Made by a program: the position numbers and the translations under genes. The notes under the pieces were generated by a model. That model had not been told where the DNA came from. It did no database searches and saw nothing but the letters and a program-made list of their open reading frames with translations. From the NCBI GenBank assembly GCA_018826905.1, contig JAHJYC010000004.1, positions 207,988 to 271,987 of the forward strand: DNA of 64,000 bases, given 5' to 3'. Source of the DNA: Patescibacteria group bacterium. Lineage in GTDB: Bacteria; Patescibacteriota; Minisyncoccia; Phycocordibacterales; Phycocordibacteraceae. Positions 28,215 to 37,503 of the stretch are shown one piece after another; within the stretch, counting starts at the first letter, position 1; every line of letters begins with the position of its first letter.

Positions 28215-28644
28215 ATGGACACTCATTGTTGCGGGCATACTTGCTATTGCATCCACTGCACTCATACTCTTTTCTTCTTATGAGCGAGCAGTTGAGTTGT
28301 CGCCATCTCAAGACGTATCGGAAGAAGTCTCTAATGAAATACCGCTGCGTCAGGAATCAGTAGCTGAAGAGGTTGCTCCAGCGATACCCGCTCGCACACA
28401 TGTTCTTATTGCGGATACGGCTGGCACCGTGGAGTCCTCAATGCAGAAAGAGTATGAAAGAGGGTCGCTCGTGTATACGAGCACTTCATATCCGACACTC
28501 GGATCATTCTTGGAGTCTATTAATGGACTGAAGAACGAGAATGGTTTCTATTGGATGCTCTACATAAACGGATCATCCGCTTCTGTTGGAATGTCCCAAG
28601 CGTATGTGGTACCTGGCGATCTAATCGAATGGCGCTATGAATAA
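28204..28644 (+). CDS. Membrane-anchored DUF4430 (transcobalamin beta-domain-like) protein
   Basis: LGSFLESING...YWMLYING....VG......GD.IEWRY. Confidence 0.8.
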   Translation: MYRKWTLIVAGILAIASTALILFSSYERAVELSPSQDVSEEVSNEIPLRQESVAEEVAPAIPARTHVLIADTAGTVESSMQKEYERGSLVYTSTSYPTLGSFLESINGLKNENGFYWMLYINGSSASVGMSQAYVVPGDLIEWRYE

Positions 28645-30622
28645 GTACCTTCTTCTGGCCCTATTTCTGGTTCTTGCACTCGCAAGTCCACAAAGCGTCC
28701 GCGCTGACGAGACAGCTTCGACTACGCCCGAAGTCCTTGCAACAACGACCCCTATCGTTGAGCTGCCCGAACCCGTAACTGAGCCAGTAATTGCTACTAC
28801 GACTGGTGTGGTAGCAACATCTACAGAATTCGTAACAGCCAGTACGACCGATGCAGTAGCAATATCGACTGAGCCTACCCCGACCGCACTGCCTTCAGTA
28901 GATATCGCGCTCACGGTCGCAACCGGGGAGCACATTCTCTTTGCGGATTCTATTACCGTAACCGCCTGCGCGCCCCGTCCTGATATGGAGCCTGCTGTCA
29001 GCGGATACTGTGCACTTGAGCAATCTGGCGCTCCTATGGCGTGGACATGGTATGGAAACGACGCTTTTGTCGATTCAATTAGTGGAGTCGGGAACGACTA
29101 TGAGGGCAATGCATACTGGAATTGGTTCTCGGATCTCTCTTATGGCATGACCTCTCTCAATGCACATACACTACATGCAGGCGAGTCCCTAATCGTCAGC
29201 ATCGGGCGCTTTCCTCTACGCCTCCAGACCACCTCCGATTCAGAACAGGCAGGGAACGAGATCATTATTACGGTAGAGCAGTTTAGTTTTGACAGTACCT
29301 ACAGTCCTATATGGGAGCCTGCAGCAAGCAGTACGATAGTCATACATGACACTCTCTACGAAACTACAGGAGACGGTACGTTGTCTTATAATCTTCCTGC
29401 CTCAGACTCAATAGAAATCCACGCGCGCAAGGAAGGCTACCTTGATGCAACTCCCCTGACCGTACGTATCACTGAGGCACCAGAATCCGACACAGGCAGC
29501 AGCTCAAATCCTGGCCCGGTCCCAAAGCCAGCCGATGCTGTTGCTGCTGCAGCGAGCTTCCTTCTTGAGTACCAACATGCAGATGGGTCGTTTGGAACTT
29601 CCCTTTTGTCTGACTGGGCTGCACTCGCATTCAAGAGTGCGAACATGTCTACTAGAACATTGAAAGAATATCTTGAAGGCGGACCAGGCTCTCTCAAAAC
29701 AGCTACTGACTTCGAGCGACGAGCCATGGCACTCTCCGCACTCAGAATCAATCCCGTTCAGAAAGTCAGCGAAGTTCTGAATCGGTTTGATGGCACACAG
29801 ATCGGAGATCCGTCTCTTTGGAATGACGACATCTTCGGACTTATTGCGCTTCGGGCTGGCGGATACGATGAGTCTGACATAGTGATTAGAAGTGTTGCCG
29901 CATCGCTTATCGCCGTCCAGAAAAGCGACGGTTCGTGGGGAGGCGTCGATCTTACTGCTGCCTCTATACAAGCACTTGTGCCTATCTCTTCGCTTCCTAG
30001 CGCCGAGTCTGCACTTGCAAAAGCACGAGAATATCTCGTATCCCGCCAGCAACCGGATGGGTGTTTCGGGAATAGCTTCGCGACAAGCTGGAGCATCATG
30101 GCAATTGAAGCAATTGGGGAGTCTCCAAATACATGGACCATGACTGGTGGCGCGACACCGCTATCCTGTCTCCGTGCGCTTCAGTCTCCTGACGGAGGAT
30201 TTGAGGCAGGAGCGAGCGAAGACACAAGGATTTGGGCGACTGCTTACGCCCTACCAGCACTTACAGGCAAGACGTGGGATTCCTTGCTTATTCGTTATCC
30301 AAAGGCGCAGAGTATAGACACGCCTCCCATTAATAATTCACATGCAACATCGACCGATGAGGTGCTGCCGCCAGAAGACACGACACTTCCTATAGCCGTC
30401 CCCACACCAATCGAACTGCCCATAATTTCCGAAATCGTTTCAGAACCTTTTATCGCAAAAATAGAGGAGGCTTCACCAATACTCACAAACCGCAGACTTG
30501 CTGCATCTGCAGGATCTGCCTTGGCAGATACCGGACTTCCTGCTGAACAGCGTTCCAACGACTCGGGTCTATGGGTATCGATTATGCGTTTCTTAATGTC
30601 GTTGTTTGGGTTCCTCTTTTAA
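28637..30622 (+). CDS. Surface protein with a DUF4430-like domain and a prenyltransferase/squalene-cyclase-repeat alpha barrel
   Basis: FVDSISG...YWNW segment; repeats Q.ADGSFG, QKSDGSWG, QQPDGCFG and QSPDGGF; ATT-rich N-terminal linker. Confidence 0.78.
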   Translation: MNKYLLLALFLVLALASPQSVRADETASTTPEVLATTTPIVELPEPVTEPVIATTTGVVATSTEFVTASTTDAVAISTEPTPTALPSVDIALTVATGEHILFADSITVTACAPRPDMEPAVSGYCALEQSGAPMAWTWYGNDAFVDSISGVGNDYEGNAYWNWFSDLSYGMTSLNAHTLHAGESLIVSIGRFPLRLQTTSDSEQAGNEIIITVEQFSFDSTYSPIWEPAASSTIVIHDTLYETTGDGTLSYNLPASDSIEIHARKEGYLDATPLTVRITEAPESDTGSSSNPGPVPKPADAVAAAASFLLEYQHADGSFGTSLLSDWAALAFKSANMSTRTLKEYLEGGPGSLKTATDFERRAMALSALRINPVQKVSEVLNRFDGTQIGDPSLWNDDIFGLIALRAGGYDESDIVIRSVAASLIAVQKSDGSWGGVDLTAASIQALVPISSLPSAESALAKAREYLVSRQQPDGCFGNSFATSWSIMAIEAIGESPNTWTMTGGATPLSCLRALQSPDGGFEAGASEDTRIWATAYALPALTGKTWDSLLIRYPKAQSIDTPPINNSHATSTDEVLPPEDTTLPIAVPTPIELPIISEIVSEPFIAKIEEASPILTNRRLAASAGSALADTGLPAEQRSNDSGLWVSIMRFLMSLFGFLF

Positions 30623-30663
30623 GAGATCTTCGTTAAGGCTTCCAGTGGTCTGAGAGGCTCACA

Positions 30664-30691
30664 TAAAAGACGCTCTTTTGAGCGTCTTTTA
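30664..30691. terminator. Bidirectional terminator
   Basis: TAAAAGACGCTC-TTTT-GAGCGTCTTTTA. Confidence 0.8.
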
Positions 30692-30823
30692 CTGGCCTTG
30701 GACCTATCGGTTGCGATACTTCCCTTCGGCACTTTTGATGTCTGGCAGTCTGGAGAACAGACTGTCCAAACGCGTCTCCGTCATTCTAGAGCCGTGGTAT
30801 GAAATACAAATCCAACAAAACTT

Positions 30824-31222
30824 TTAACTAAATTTAACAATGAAATTGTACATACCCATGCTGCACGTACCCTGTAGGGATGTTCCCGTTTGAGATGTAC
30901 CGATATCTATTATCTCCTCTCCCGTTTGAGGAAGAGCCTTCTGGTATCCAATGGAGCGTATTACTAGAGCAGTAGAACAATCATAGGTGCCACTCGTTTT
31001 GACGATGAGTTTTGTTGGAATATCAGCCTGTGCGGACGAAACCTTGGGGAAATAACCGCCCTTCGCGTCGATAGTTATGTACTGAATACCATCCCTTATT
31101 TCAATATTCTGCCCGGACTGCGAAGACACAGTTTTGGCACTGTTATTTGAATCGCCTAGGAAAATGATGCCAATTCCTATGACCAGTCCAAGCGTGACGA
31201 TTGACAGAGCGGTTTTATTCAT
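30824..31222 (-). CDS. Cupredoxin-like domain protein (CupA-like)
   Basis: N-terminal TM; GYFP, C and CSMGMY. Confidence 0.75.
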   Translation of the reverse strand: MNKTALSIVTLGLVIGIGIIFLGDSNNSAKTVSSQSGQNIEIRDGIQYITIDAKGGYFPKVSSAQADIPTKLIVKTSGTYDCSTALVIRSIGYQKALPQTGEEIIDIGTSQTGTSLQGTCSMGMYNFIVKFS

Positions 31223-31231
31223 AAAGCGTAA

Positions 31232-32239
31232 TTATATATTAAATAACGGACTGATGATGCCAAGGCCGGCAAGGCCCGCGAGAAGCGCAAATAGTCCAAG
31301 ACCTATCACCACCACTCCTGCCGACTTAAAGAACAGTGGTGCATATTTCGAGTGAGCAAATGATGCAGAGCCAAAAGAGAGCAACAAGAGCATCGGAAGT
31401 GTTCCAAGAGCAAACGCAAACATGATAAGCATTCCTGACACAAAGGATCCACTACTCAGAGCAGATACCTGCATTGACTGCGTAAAACCACAAGGCAAGA
31501 AAAACGTCGCAAAACCTAGAATGAGCGGAGTAAGGGTTTTGTGTTCGATCCTTCTAAAGAAATTGAATAAGTTTGAAGGTAAGGAAACTTTATTCTTTGC
31601 AAATACTCCAACCAGATTCAGACCAAGCAACAACATTACAACGGAAGCCAGAATGCCCAGTAGTGCGGTAAGCGTGAAATTTATACCAATTGCCCCACCA
31701 ATCGCACCAAGGACACCACCTAATATAGCAAAGCTCACTATTCTTCCAGTGTGAAAGAGAGTAAAAGTTTTTGTATCGCTCACATTATCCTGCGATATCT
31801 TTGCGGAAAGCGACAACACCAATCCTCCCACGATTGCAAGGCAACTCGAGACCGATGCAATAAGGCCTATGATGAAGCTTGTGATAGGGGTTGTCTGTCC
31901 GCCAAGACCGAGATTGAGGACTCCGGACTTCTGCAATAGAAAGAACAGCACAAGGAGACCAAGTCCGATCGGAAGCGCCTTCCAGATAACATCACTTTCA
32001 TGCTTTACCTTTGCTGATTTCTCTGCAGACAAAGTGTAGCCATTCGACTGAATCTTACTTGTCAGAACTCTTGCAAGCTCTTCCGGATTCTCTTCATTAT
32101 AGGTCTCGACTTCTACCATTTCCCTTTTTAGATCGGCGCGTGCGCTCCGTACTATGTCCTGTTCGTCTAAAATGTCCTCGATAAGGATTTTACAGGACGT
32201 GCAGTGGGTACCAGAAACATGGAATGTGTACGTATTCAT
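31232..32239 (-). CDS. HMA domain + DsbD_2/TauE-like membrane protein
   Basis: GTHCTSC; SSCLAIVGG; LPCGFTQ; FALGTLP. Confidence 0.85.
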   Translation of the reverse strand: MNTYTFHVSGTHCTSCKILIEDILDEQDIVRSARADLKREMVEVETYNEENPEELARVLTSKIQSNGYTLSAEKSAKVKHESDVIWKALPIGLGLLVLFFLLQKSGVLNLGLGGQTTPITSFIIGLIASVSSCLAIVGGLVLSLSAKISQDNVSDTKTFTLFHTGRIVSFAILGGVLGAIGGAIGINFTLTALLGILASVVMLLLGLNLVGVFAKNKVSLPSNLFNFFRRIEHKTLTPLILGFATFFLPCGFTQSMQVSALSSGSFVSGMLIMFAFALGTLPMLLLLSFGSASFAHSKYAPLFFKSAGVVVIGLGLFALLAGLAGLGIISPLFNI

Positions 32240-32241
32240 AT

Positions 32242-34536
32242 TTACAATTTCTTAGCTTTAATGCGGAGCGAGTTAGATACCACAGAGACCGACGACATCG
32301 CCATAGCAAAGCCCGCAAAGACAGGATTTAAGAGCCAGCCAAAGATTGGATAGAAGACACCTGCCGCAAGTGGAATACCGACAATATTGTAGATGAATGC
32401 CCAGAAAAGATTTTGCTTGATTCCTCGCATGGTGATTTTTGAAAGCTTGATGGCCTTCACGAGCTTTGAAATATCGCCACCGAGCAATGTGATGCCTGCT
32501 GATTCGATAGCCACATCCGTACCTGTTCCCATGGCAATACCCACATCGGCTTGGGCAAGTGCGGGAGCGTCATTCACCCCATCACCCGCCATAGCAACAA
32601 TGCGACCTTGTGATTGAAGCTCTTTTATTTTTTCAAGCTTATCCTGCGGCAACACGTGGGCAATCACATCATCGATACCGACGAGAGAAGCCATATATTT
32701 TGCAGCCTTCTCATCGTCACCAGTAAGCATCACGACTTTGATACCAAGTTTGTGAAGATCGGCAACGGCCTGTTTTGATTCTTCTTTTATTTCGTCAGCC
32801 ACCATAACAAAGCCGAGTACACTGTCTTTTGTTGTGAGAATAACTGGGGTTTTTCCCTGAGAGGTAAATTCGTTTAACTTGGTCACATCAAACGGAATTT
32901 CAAGATCGCTGACAAGTTTTGCGTTACCGACAAAATATTCAGTGCCCTTAACCGTTCCCTTGAGACCCTTGCCCTGTATTCCCTCAAAGCCAGAAACATC
33001 AGATGGGGAGATATTTTTCTCTTGTGCATAGCTTACTATTGCGTGTGCAATTGGGTGTTCAGACTTCTTTTCAAGCGATGCAAGTATCGAGACGAGCTCC
33101 TCATCAGAGAGTGTTGAAAGATTTTGTATATCAACAAGAGTTGGCTTTCCTTTGGTAATCGTTCCCGTCTTATCAACCACAACCGTGTTTACCTTATGTA
33201 GCTTTTCGAGAGTAGCCGCATCTTTGATGAGAATTCCTTCCTTAGCACCCTTCCCGACACCCACGATGATTGCAGTCGGTGTCGCAAGCCCAAGGGCACA
33301 AGGACAAGCTATTACAAGAATTCCCACAAATGAGACAAGGCCAAAAGATAGTGCCTGAGAGAATCCTAGGTACTGCGACCCGACGATAAGCCATGTTCCC
33401 AGTGTAAGGAAAGCAATTACAAGCACGATTGGTACAAAGACTGCTGATATCTTGTCTGCCAATGCCTGTATCGGGGCCTTGCTTCCTTGTGCCTCCTCCA
33501 CCATTTTTATGATCTGAGCCAAGAGTGTTTCCGACCCGACCTTCGTCGCCTTAAATGTGAATGAGCCGCTAGTATTTATGGTGCCAGATACAACAGCATC
33601 TCCTTCTTTTTTCTGTGCTGGCATCGGTTCTCCTGTAACCATTGACTCGTCAATGAACGATTCCCCTTCAGTGATAACGCCATCTACAGGAATCTTTGCA
33701 CCTGGTTTTACAATAATAGAGTCGCCATACTTAACATCGTTTACGGAAATCTCAACTTCTTTACCATCTCTAACAACGAGAGCTGTTTTTGCTTGAAGGT
33801 TGAGAAGCTTCTCAATGGCATCACCAGTCTTAATCTTTGATTTTGCCTCAAGATACTTGCCAAGAGCGATAAAAGTAATGACAACAATCGTCACATCGTA
33901 GTACTGGTAGTCGACGTTTATGAATGGACGCAGAACATCCTCAAAGGCACTGACAGCAAAACTGTACAGAAAAGCAGCAACTGTACCGATACCGATAAGC
34001 GTATCCATGTTTGCCTTGCCGTATCTAAGAAACCTATAAAAGCCGAGTAGGTACGGCTTACCAACTACGAAAAGGATATATGTTGCAAATATCGGAAGAA
34101 GATGATGAAAGAACTCCTTGAGCGTATAACTCATTGCAGAGACAACTCCATACTCGGAGAGAATGTCCCAGCCCATAACGAAAGCAGCAAATAGTGCGAG
34201 CGGAATAGCCGAAAGTACCTTCATTCGCATATCGGCAACTTCTACAAGCTTCTCTTTTTTGGACTGATTCAATCCAAGATGAGCCTCGTGTTCGCCGGCA
34301 GACATACCCATTTCTTCAGCAGAAGGAGAGACTTCCAGAGTGTACCCGAGTGGCTCAATGTGTCTAGAAAGATCGTGCGGATTCGTCTTTGAAGGATCAA
34401 AAGAAACCTTCGCTTTTTCTGTTCCGTAGTTCACTTCGGCAGCATGTACACCCTCAACTTTCTTAAAAGTCTTTTCGATAACCGACGAACATGACGCACA
34501 GTGCATTCCTTTTACTTTATAAGTTTGTGTATGCAT
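32242..34536 (-). CDS. copA: Cu(I)-translocating P1B-type ATPase
   Basis: GMHCASC, TGE, CPC, DKTGT, SEHP, GDGVNDAP, YN and MAMSS motifs. Confidence 0.95.
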   Translation of the reverse strand: MHTQTYKVKGMHCASCSSVIEKTFKKVEGVHAAEVNYGTEKAKVSFDPSKTNPHDLSRHIEPLGYTLEVSPSAEEMGMSAGEHEAHLGLNQSKKEKLVEVADMRMKVLSAIPLALFAAFVMGWDILSEYGVVSAMSYTLKEFFHHLLPIFATYILFVVGKPYLLGFYRFLRYGKANMDTLIGIGTVAAFLYSFAVSAFEDVLRPFINVDYQYYDVTIVVITFIALGKYLEAKSKIKTGDAIEKLLNLQAKTALVVRDGKEVEISVNDVKYGDSIIVKPGAKIPVDGVITEGESFIDESMVTGEPMPAQKKEGDAVVSGTINTSGSFTFKATKVGSETLLAQIIKMVEEAQGSKAPIQALADKISAVFVPIVLVIAFLTLGTWLIVGSQYLGFSQALSFGLVSFVGILVIACPCALGLATPTAIIVGVGKGAKEGILIKDAATLEKLHKVNTVVVDKTGTITKGKPTLVDIQNLSTLSDEELVSILASLEKKSEHPIAHAIVSYAQEKNISPSDVSGFEGIQGKGLKGTVKGTEYFVGNAKLVSDLEIPFDVTKLNEFTSQGKTPVILTTKDSVLGFVMVADEIKEESKQAVADLHKLGIKVVMLTGDDEKAAKYMASLVGIDDVIAHVLPQDKLEKIKELQSQGRIVAMAGDGVNDAPALAQADVGIAMGTGTDVAIESAGITLLGGDISKLVKAIKLSKITMRGIKQNLFWAFIYNIVGIPLAAGVFYPIFGWLLNPVFAGFAMAMSSVSVVSNSLRIKAKKL

Positions 34537-34537
34537 A

Positions 34538-34813
34538 TTATTTCCTCTTTAGCTTATAAACTTTCAAAATCTCTTCCTTGGCTTTTTCGGTCTGTCCAGA
34601 CTTTACCTGGTTCATGATGCATCCCCCAAGGTGGTTCTCAAGTAATAAATCTTCAACATTGGAAAGCCCCTGCTTAACTGCAGATGTTTGAGTAATTACG
34701 TCTATGCAGTACGTATTGTTCTCGATCATCTTTTGTAAGCCACGAACCTGACCCTCGATGAGCTTAAGTCGACGGATGATCTTAGACTTGTTTTTGTCTT
34801 CTAAATATTTCAT
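34538..34813 (-). CDS. csoR: CsoR-family copper-sensing repressor
   Basis: RLKLIEGQVRGL, with YC...H...C ligands. Confidence 0.88.
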   Translation of the reverse strand: MKYLEDKNKSKIIRRLKLIEGQVRGLQKMIENNTYCIDVITQTSAVKQGLSNVEDLLLENHLGGCIMNQVKSGQTEKAKEEILKVYKLKRK

Positions 34814-34818
34814 GTGTA

Positions 34819-34846
34819 ATAGTATATACCCCCCAGGGGGTATCAA
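34819..34846 (-). promoter_or_regulatory. CsoR operator overlapping the csoR-copA promoter
   Basis: Palindrome ATACCCCC-CA-GGGGGTAT (34826-43) spanning the region between TTGATA (-35) and TACTAT (-10). Confidence 0.8.
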
Positions 34847-34986
34847 GCAAGTCAAACAAAACTACCAGTGGAAATGGTTTTGTTCTGGACACTACTCTGA
34901 ACAATTATGCCTCTTTAGGATAGGCCTCTCGACGCACGGAAACCTAGCATAAGTTAACTACCCGAGACTGAGATTGGAACTGTATA

Positions 34987-35018
34987 CACAAAAGGCGCGA
35001 GAAATCGCGCCTTTTGTG
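34987..35018. terminator. Terminator downstream of the initiator tRNA
   Basis: CACAAAAGGCGCGA-GAAA-TCGCGCCTTTTGTG. Confidence 0.8.
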
Positions 35019-35052
35019 CTTGTCGGTCTGCTTTGCAGGCCGTACTGCTTTG

Positions 35053-35123
35053 TTGCGGGGGCCGGAATCGAACCGGCGTCTGGAGGTTATGAGCCTCCCG
35101 AGGTACCTCTCCTCTACCCCGCT
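35053..35123 (-). tRNA. Initiator tRNA-Met(CAT)
   Basis: Reverse complement AGCGGGG-TA-GAGG-AGAGGTA-CCTC-G-GGAGG-CTCATAA-CCTCC-AGAC-GCCGG-TTCGATT-CCGGC-CCCCGCA-A, with a 1:72 mismatch and A11-U24. Confidence 0.9.
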
Positions 35124-35162
35124 ATGGGCTATATAATACGCTATTCTTTGATTTAGGCAAGC

Positions 35163-35753
35163 CTAAATCTCTCCAAATTCCCTCATAACTGCCTCAAAAT
35201 GAGCAATGGTGCGGTGTGCGTGGCGCTCAGTTAGTTGATACGCATATCCCTGGTGCGCTATCTCGTTGCGTACTTTATGTCCCTCCCATGCATCCTGCAG
35301 GGTATTCATACGCTTCGGATCAACAGCTTTTAGCTTCTCTCCCACGGTTTCTCCAGGATACCCAAGCTGGGACAAAAGATCGTCCAGCATGATGTCTGCT
35401 TCAATAATGGCCTGCCTCCAATCATTCTCATGAGGACTCTCAATAAGCTCCCTGATATGATCCCATCGGCTATGATCTCGCTCAGTCTCTGCGTGTGCCG
35501 CATCAAGTGTGGTGAACTTATGTGCTTGCCCACGCAATACTTGATAATACCGAAGACTTGAATGAATAAAGACAGCAAGAATACCAATCGTAACGAGTGT
35601 TGAAATAATAGTAACGAGAATCCAAATCTGAGAGGCAAGAGAAAGAAAATCTATTTGAACTCCCCCAACACGAGCTCCAGTAACAAGATCATAGAGCAAA
35701 CGGAAGAAGTACTCTACGTTTAAAAAATGTATCGGTCCTGGTGAGCTCTCCAT
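35163..35753 (-). CDS. Hypothetical membrane protein
   Basis: TM followed by W..AIIEAD..LD..L...G.T.GE.L and AW.GHKVRN.IAH (HEPN-like RxxxxH); TATAAT lies 7 nt before the ATG. Confidence 0.7.
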   Translation of the reverse strand: MESSPGPIHFLNVEYFFRLLYDLVTGARVGGVQIDFLSLASQIWILVTIISTLVTIGILAVFIHSSLRYYQVLRGQAHKFTTLDAAHAETERDHSRWDHIRELIESPHENDWRQAIIEADIMLDDLLSQLGYPGETVGEKLKAVDPKRMNTLQDAWEGHKVRNEIAHQGYAYQLTERHAHRTIAHFEAVMREFGEI

Positions 35754-35761
35754 CCCTCTGA

Positions 35762-37195
35762 TTATAGCGTTTCTTTGGTCACGAGTGCGCCAATTTTAAA
35801 CAATAGCTGATCAGCACCGTGAGGAGCGGTGAAATGCATGCCAGTCGGAAGTAAGACACCCTCTCTCTCAACAGTTCCCATAGGAACAGAGATAGCTGGC
35901 ATACCTGTAAGATTCGCAGTTACCGTAAAGATATCTTCCAAATACATAGACACGGGGTCTGATTTTTCTCCAAACTTAAAAGCTGGAGATGGTGTTGTTG
36001 GGAATGCAATAACATCTACCTCCTTGAAAGCAGTGTTGTATTCGTCTCTAAGAACATCTCGTACTGCATCAGCCTTTCTGTAGTACGCATCAATATATCC
36101 AGAAGAGAGAACAAACGTCCCAAGCAAGATACGTCGCACCGTCTCAGGACCAAACCCTTCTGTTTTGCTTAAAACATAGTCTGAGAGAAGTGTCTCTCCT
36201 CTCGCCGCATGTCCGTAGCGAATACCATCAAAACGAGCAAGGTTTGCAGATGCCTCAGCAGGCATAATGACGTAGTACACAGGAAGTGCGTACTCGCTGG
36301 TAGGTAATGAAACATCAACCAGGGTGTGGCCCTCAGCTTCCAGACGACTAAGTGTCTCATTAAAATGAGCGAGTACGTCCGCATCCATTCCCTTGGAGAG
36401 CAGGTCTCTGGGCACACCGATACGAAATACGGAAGGCACCTCCTTTGTGTTTCGCATAGAGTCCGGAAGTGTTGTTGCGTCCAACTCATCCTTTCCTTCT
36501 AGTGTGTCAAAAAGAATCTTGGCGTCAGCAACAGTCTTTGCGAGTGGACCCGCCTGATCTAGCGAAGAGCCGAGCGCGATAAGTCCACTCCTTGAAACAG
36601 CTCCATAGGTTGGTTTCATTCCAACAAGCCCTGTATGTGCTGCCGGCTGCCGTATAGACCCGCCCGTATCAGTTCCAAGTCCCGCTAGCCCTATATGAGC
36701 CGCTACCGCTGATGCAGACCCCCCAGAAGATCCTCCTGCAGTGCGCGACACATCAAGTGGATTCTTTGCAACACCATACGCAGAATGCTCGGTTGAAGAC
36801 CCCATGGCAAACTCATCCATGTTTGTACGCCCAATAAACAACGCACCGGCTTCTTTAAGCTTTTTAGTAATTGTTGCGTCTCGTACTGCCACATGATTCT
36901 CAAGCATGCGAGATGCTGCACTCGCCACCTTCCCCTCAATAAGGATATTGTCTTTCATGGCAAGCGGAATACCGCACAAAAGAGGAGCAGCATCCTTCTC
37001 TGTATCAATACGCTTCTGTGCTACAGCCATAGCCTCTTCATCTGCTTCAAAGATTTCCAAATACGCATTTAGTTCTGTATTTCTTTCCTTTGCTACAGAC
37101 ACGCACGCATCCCACAACTCCCGTACAGAGAATTCCCCTGCACGAAGACCACGTGCTGCTTCTGTTATTGAAAGTTCGTTCAGTGCTTTAGTCAT
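35762..37195 (-). CDS. gatA: Asp/Glu-tRNA amidotransferase subunit A
   Basis: KDN, NMDEFAMGSS, GGSSGGSA, GTDTGGSIRQPA and SSGYIDAYY. Confidence 0.96.
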   Translation of the reverse strand: MTKALNELSITEAARGLRAGEFSVRELWDACVSVAKERNTELNAYLEIFEADEEAMAVAQKRIDTEKDAAPLLCGIPLAMKDNILIEGKVASAASRMLENHVAVRDATITKKLKEAGALFIGRTNMDEFAMGSSTEHSAYGVAKNPLDVSRTAGGSSGGSASAVAAHIGLAGLGTDTGGSIRQPAAHTGLVGMKPTYGAVSRSGLIALGSSLDQAGPLAKTVADAKILFDTLEGKDELDATTLPDSMRNTKEVPSVFRIGVPRDLLSKGMDADVLAHFNETLSRLEAEGHTLVDVSLPTSEYALPVYYVIMPAEASANLARFDGIRYGHAARGETLLSDYVLSKTEGFGPETVRRILLGTFVLSSGYIDAYYRKADAVRDVLRDEYNTAFKEVDVIAFPTTPSPAFKFGEKSDPVSMYLEDIFTVTANLTGMPAISVPMGTVEREGVLLPTGMHFTAPHGADQLLFKIGALVTKETL

Positions 37196-37490
37196 GCGCA
37201 ATAATCTGCTTTACAGACAATGAATCACCCTCTTTCTCAGGGAACTGCCCAACAATTTTCTCTGTCCATGTCCCAGGCACGAACGGTTCTCCGTCCTCTC
37301 TAAAGACGTTGCGGAGCTCAGGAACTCGTTTCTCTGTATCAGGGAGCGAGAGCTCATCCAGCTTTCCCACATAGGCTAAAATACTCTCAAACTCAGTAGC
37401 GAAGCCCTCTAAGTCCGATTCGTTAACCTGTATACGTGCGAGCGCCGCAAGGCGCTGTACATCTTCTGCTGAAGTACGAGATTCACTCAT
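37188..37490 (-). CDS. gatC: Asp/Glu-tRNA amidotransferase subunit C
   Basis: V..LA.LARI, IL.YV..L and NVFRED; directly upstream of gatA. Confidence 0.9.
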   Translation of the reverse strand: MSESRTSAEDVQRLAALARIQVNESDLEGFATEFESILAYVGKLDELSLPDTEKRVPELRNVFREDGEPFVPGTWTEKIVGQFPEKEGDSLSVKQIIAHD

Positions 37491-37503
37491 TACTGCCAAT
37501 CTA

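Noticed and set aside
28637-30622. Squalene-hopene cyclase / hopanoid synthesis
   Set aside because: A single secreted barrel with no DXDD catalytic motif in cyclase context; the neighbourhood points to B12 binding.
34974-35156. 60-aa ORF ending VAGAGIEPASGGYEP
   Set aside because: Antisense translation of the initiator tRNA and its terminator.
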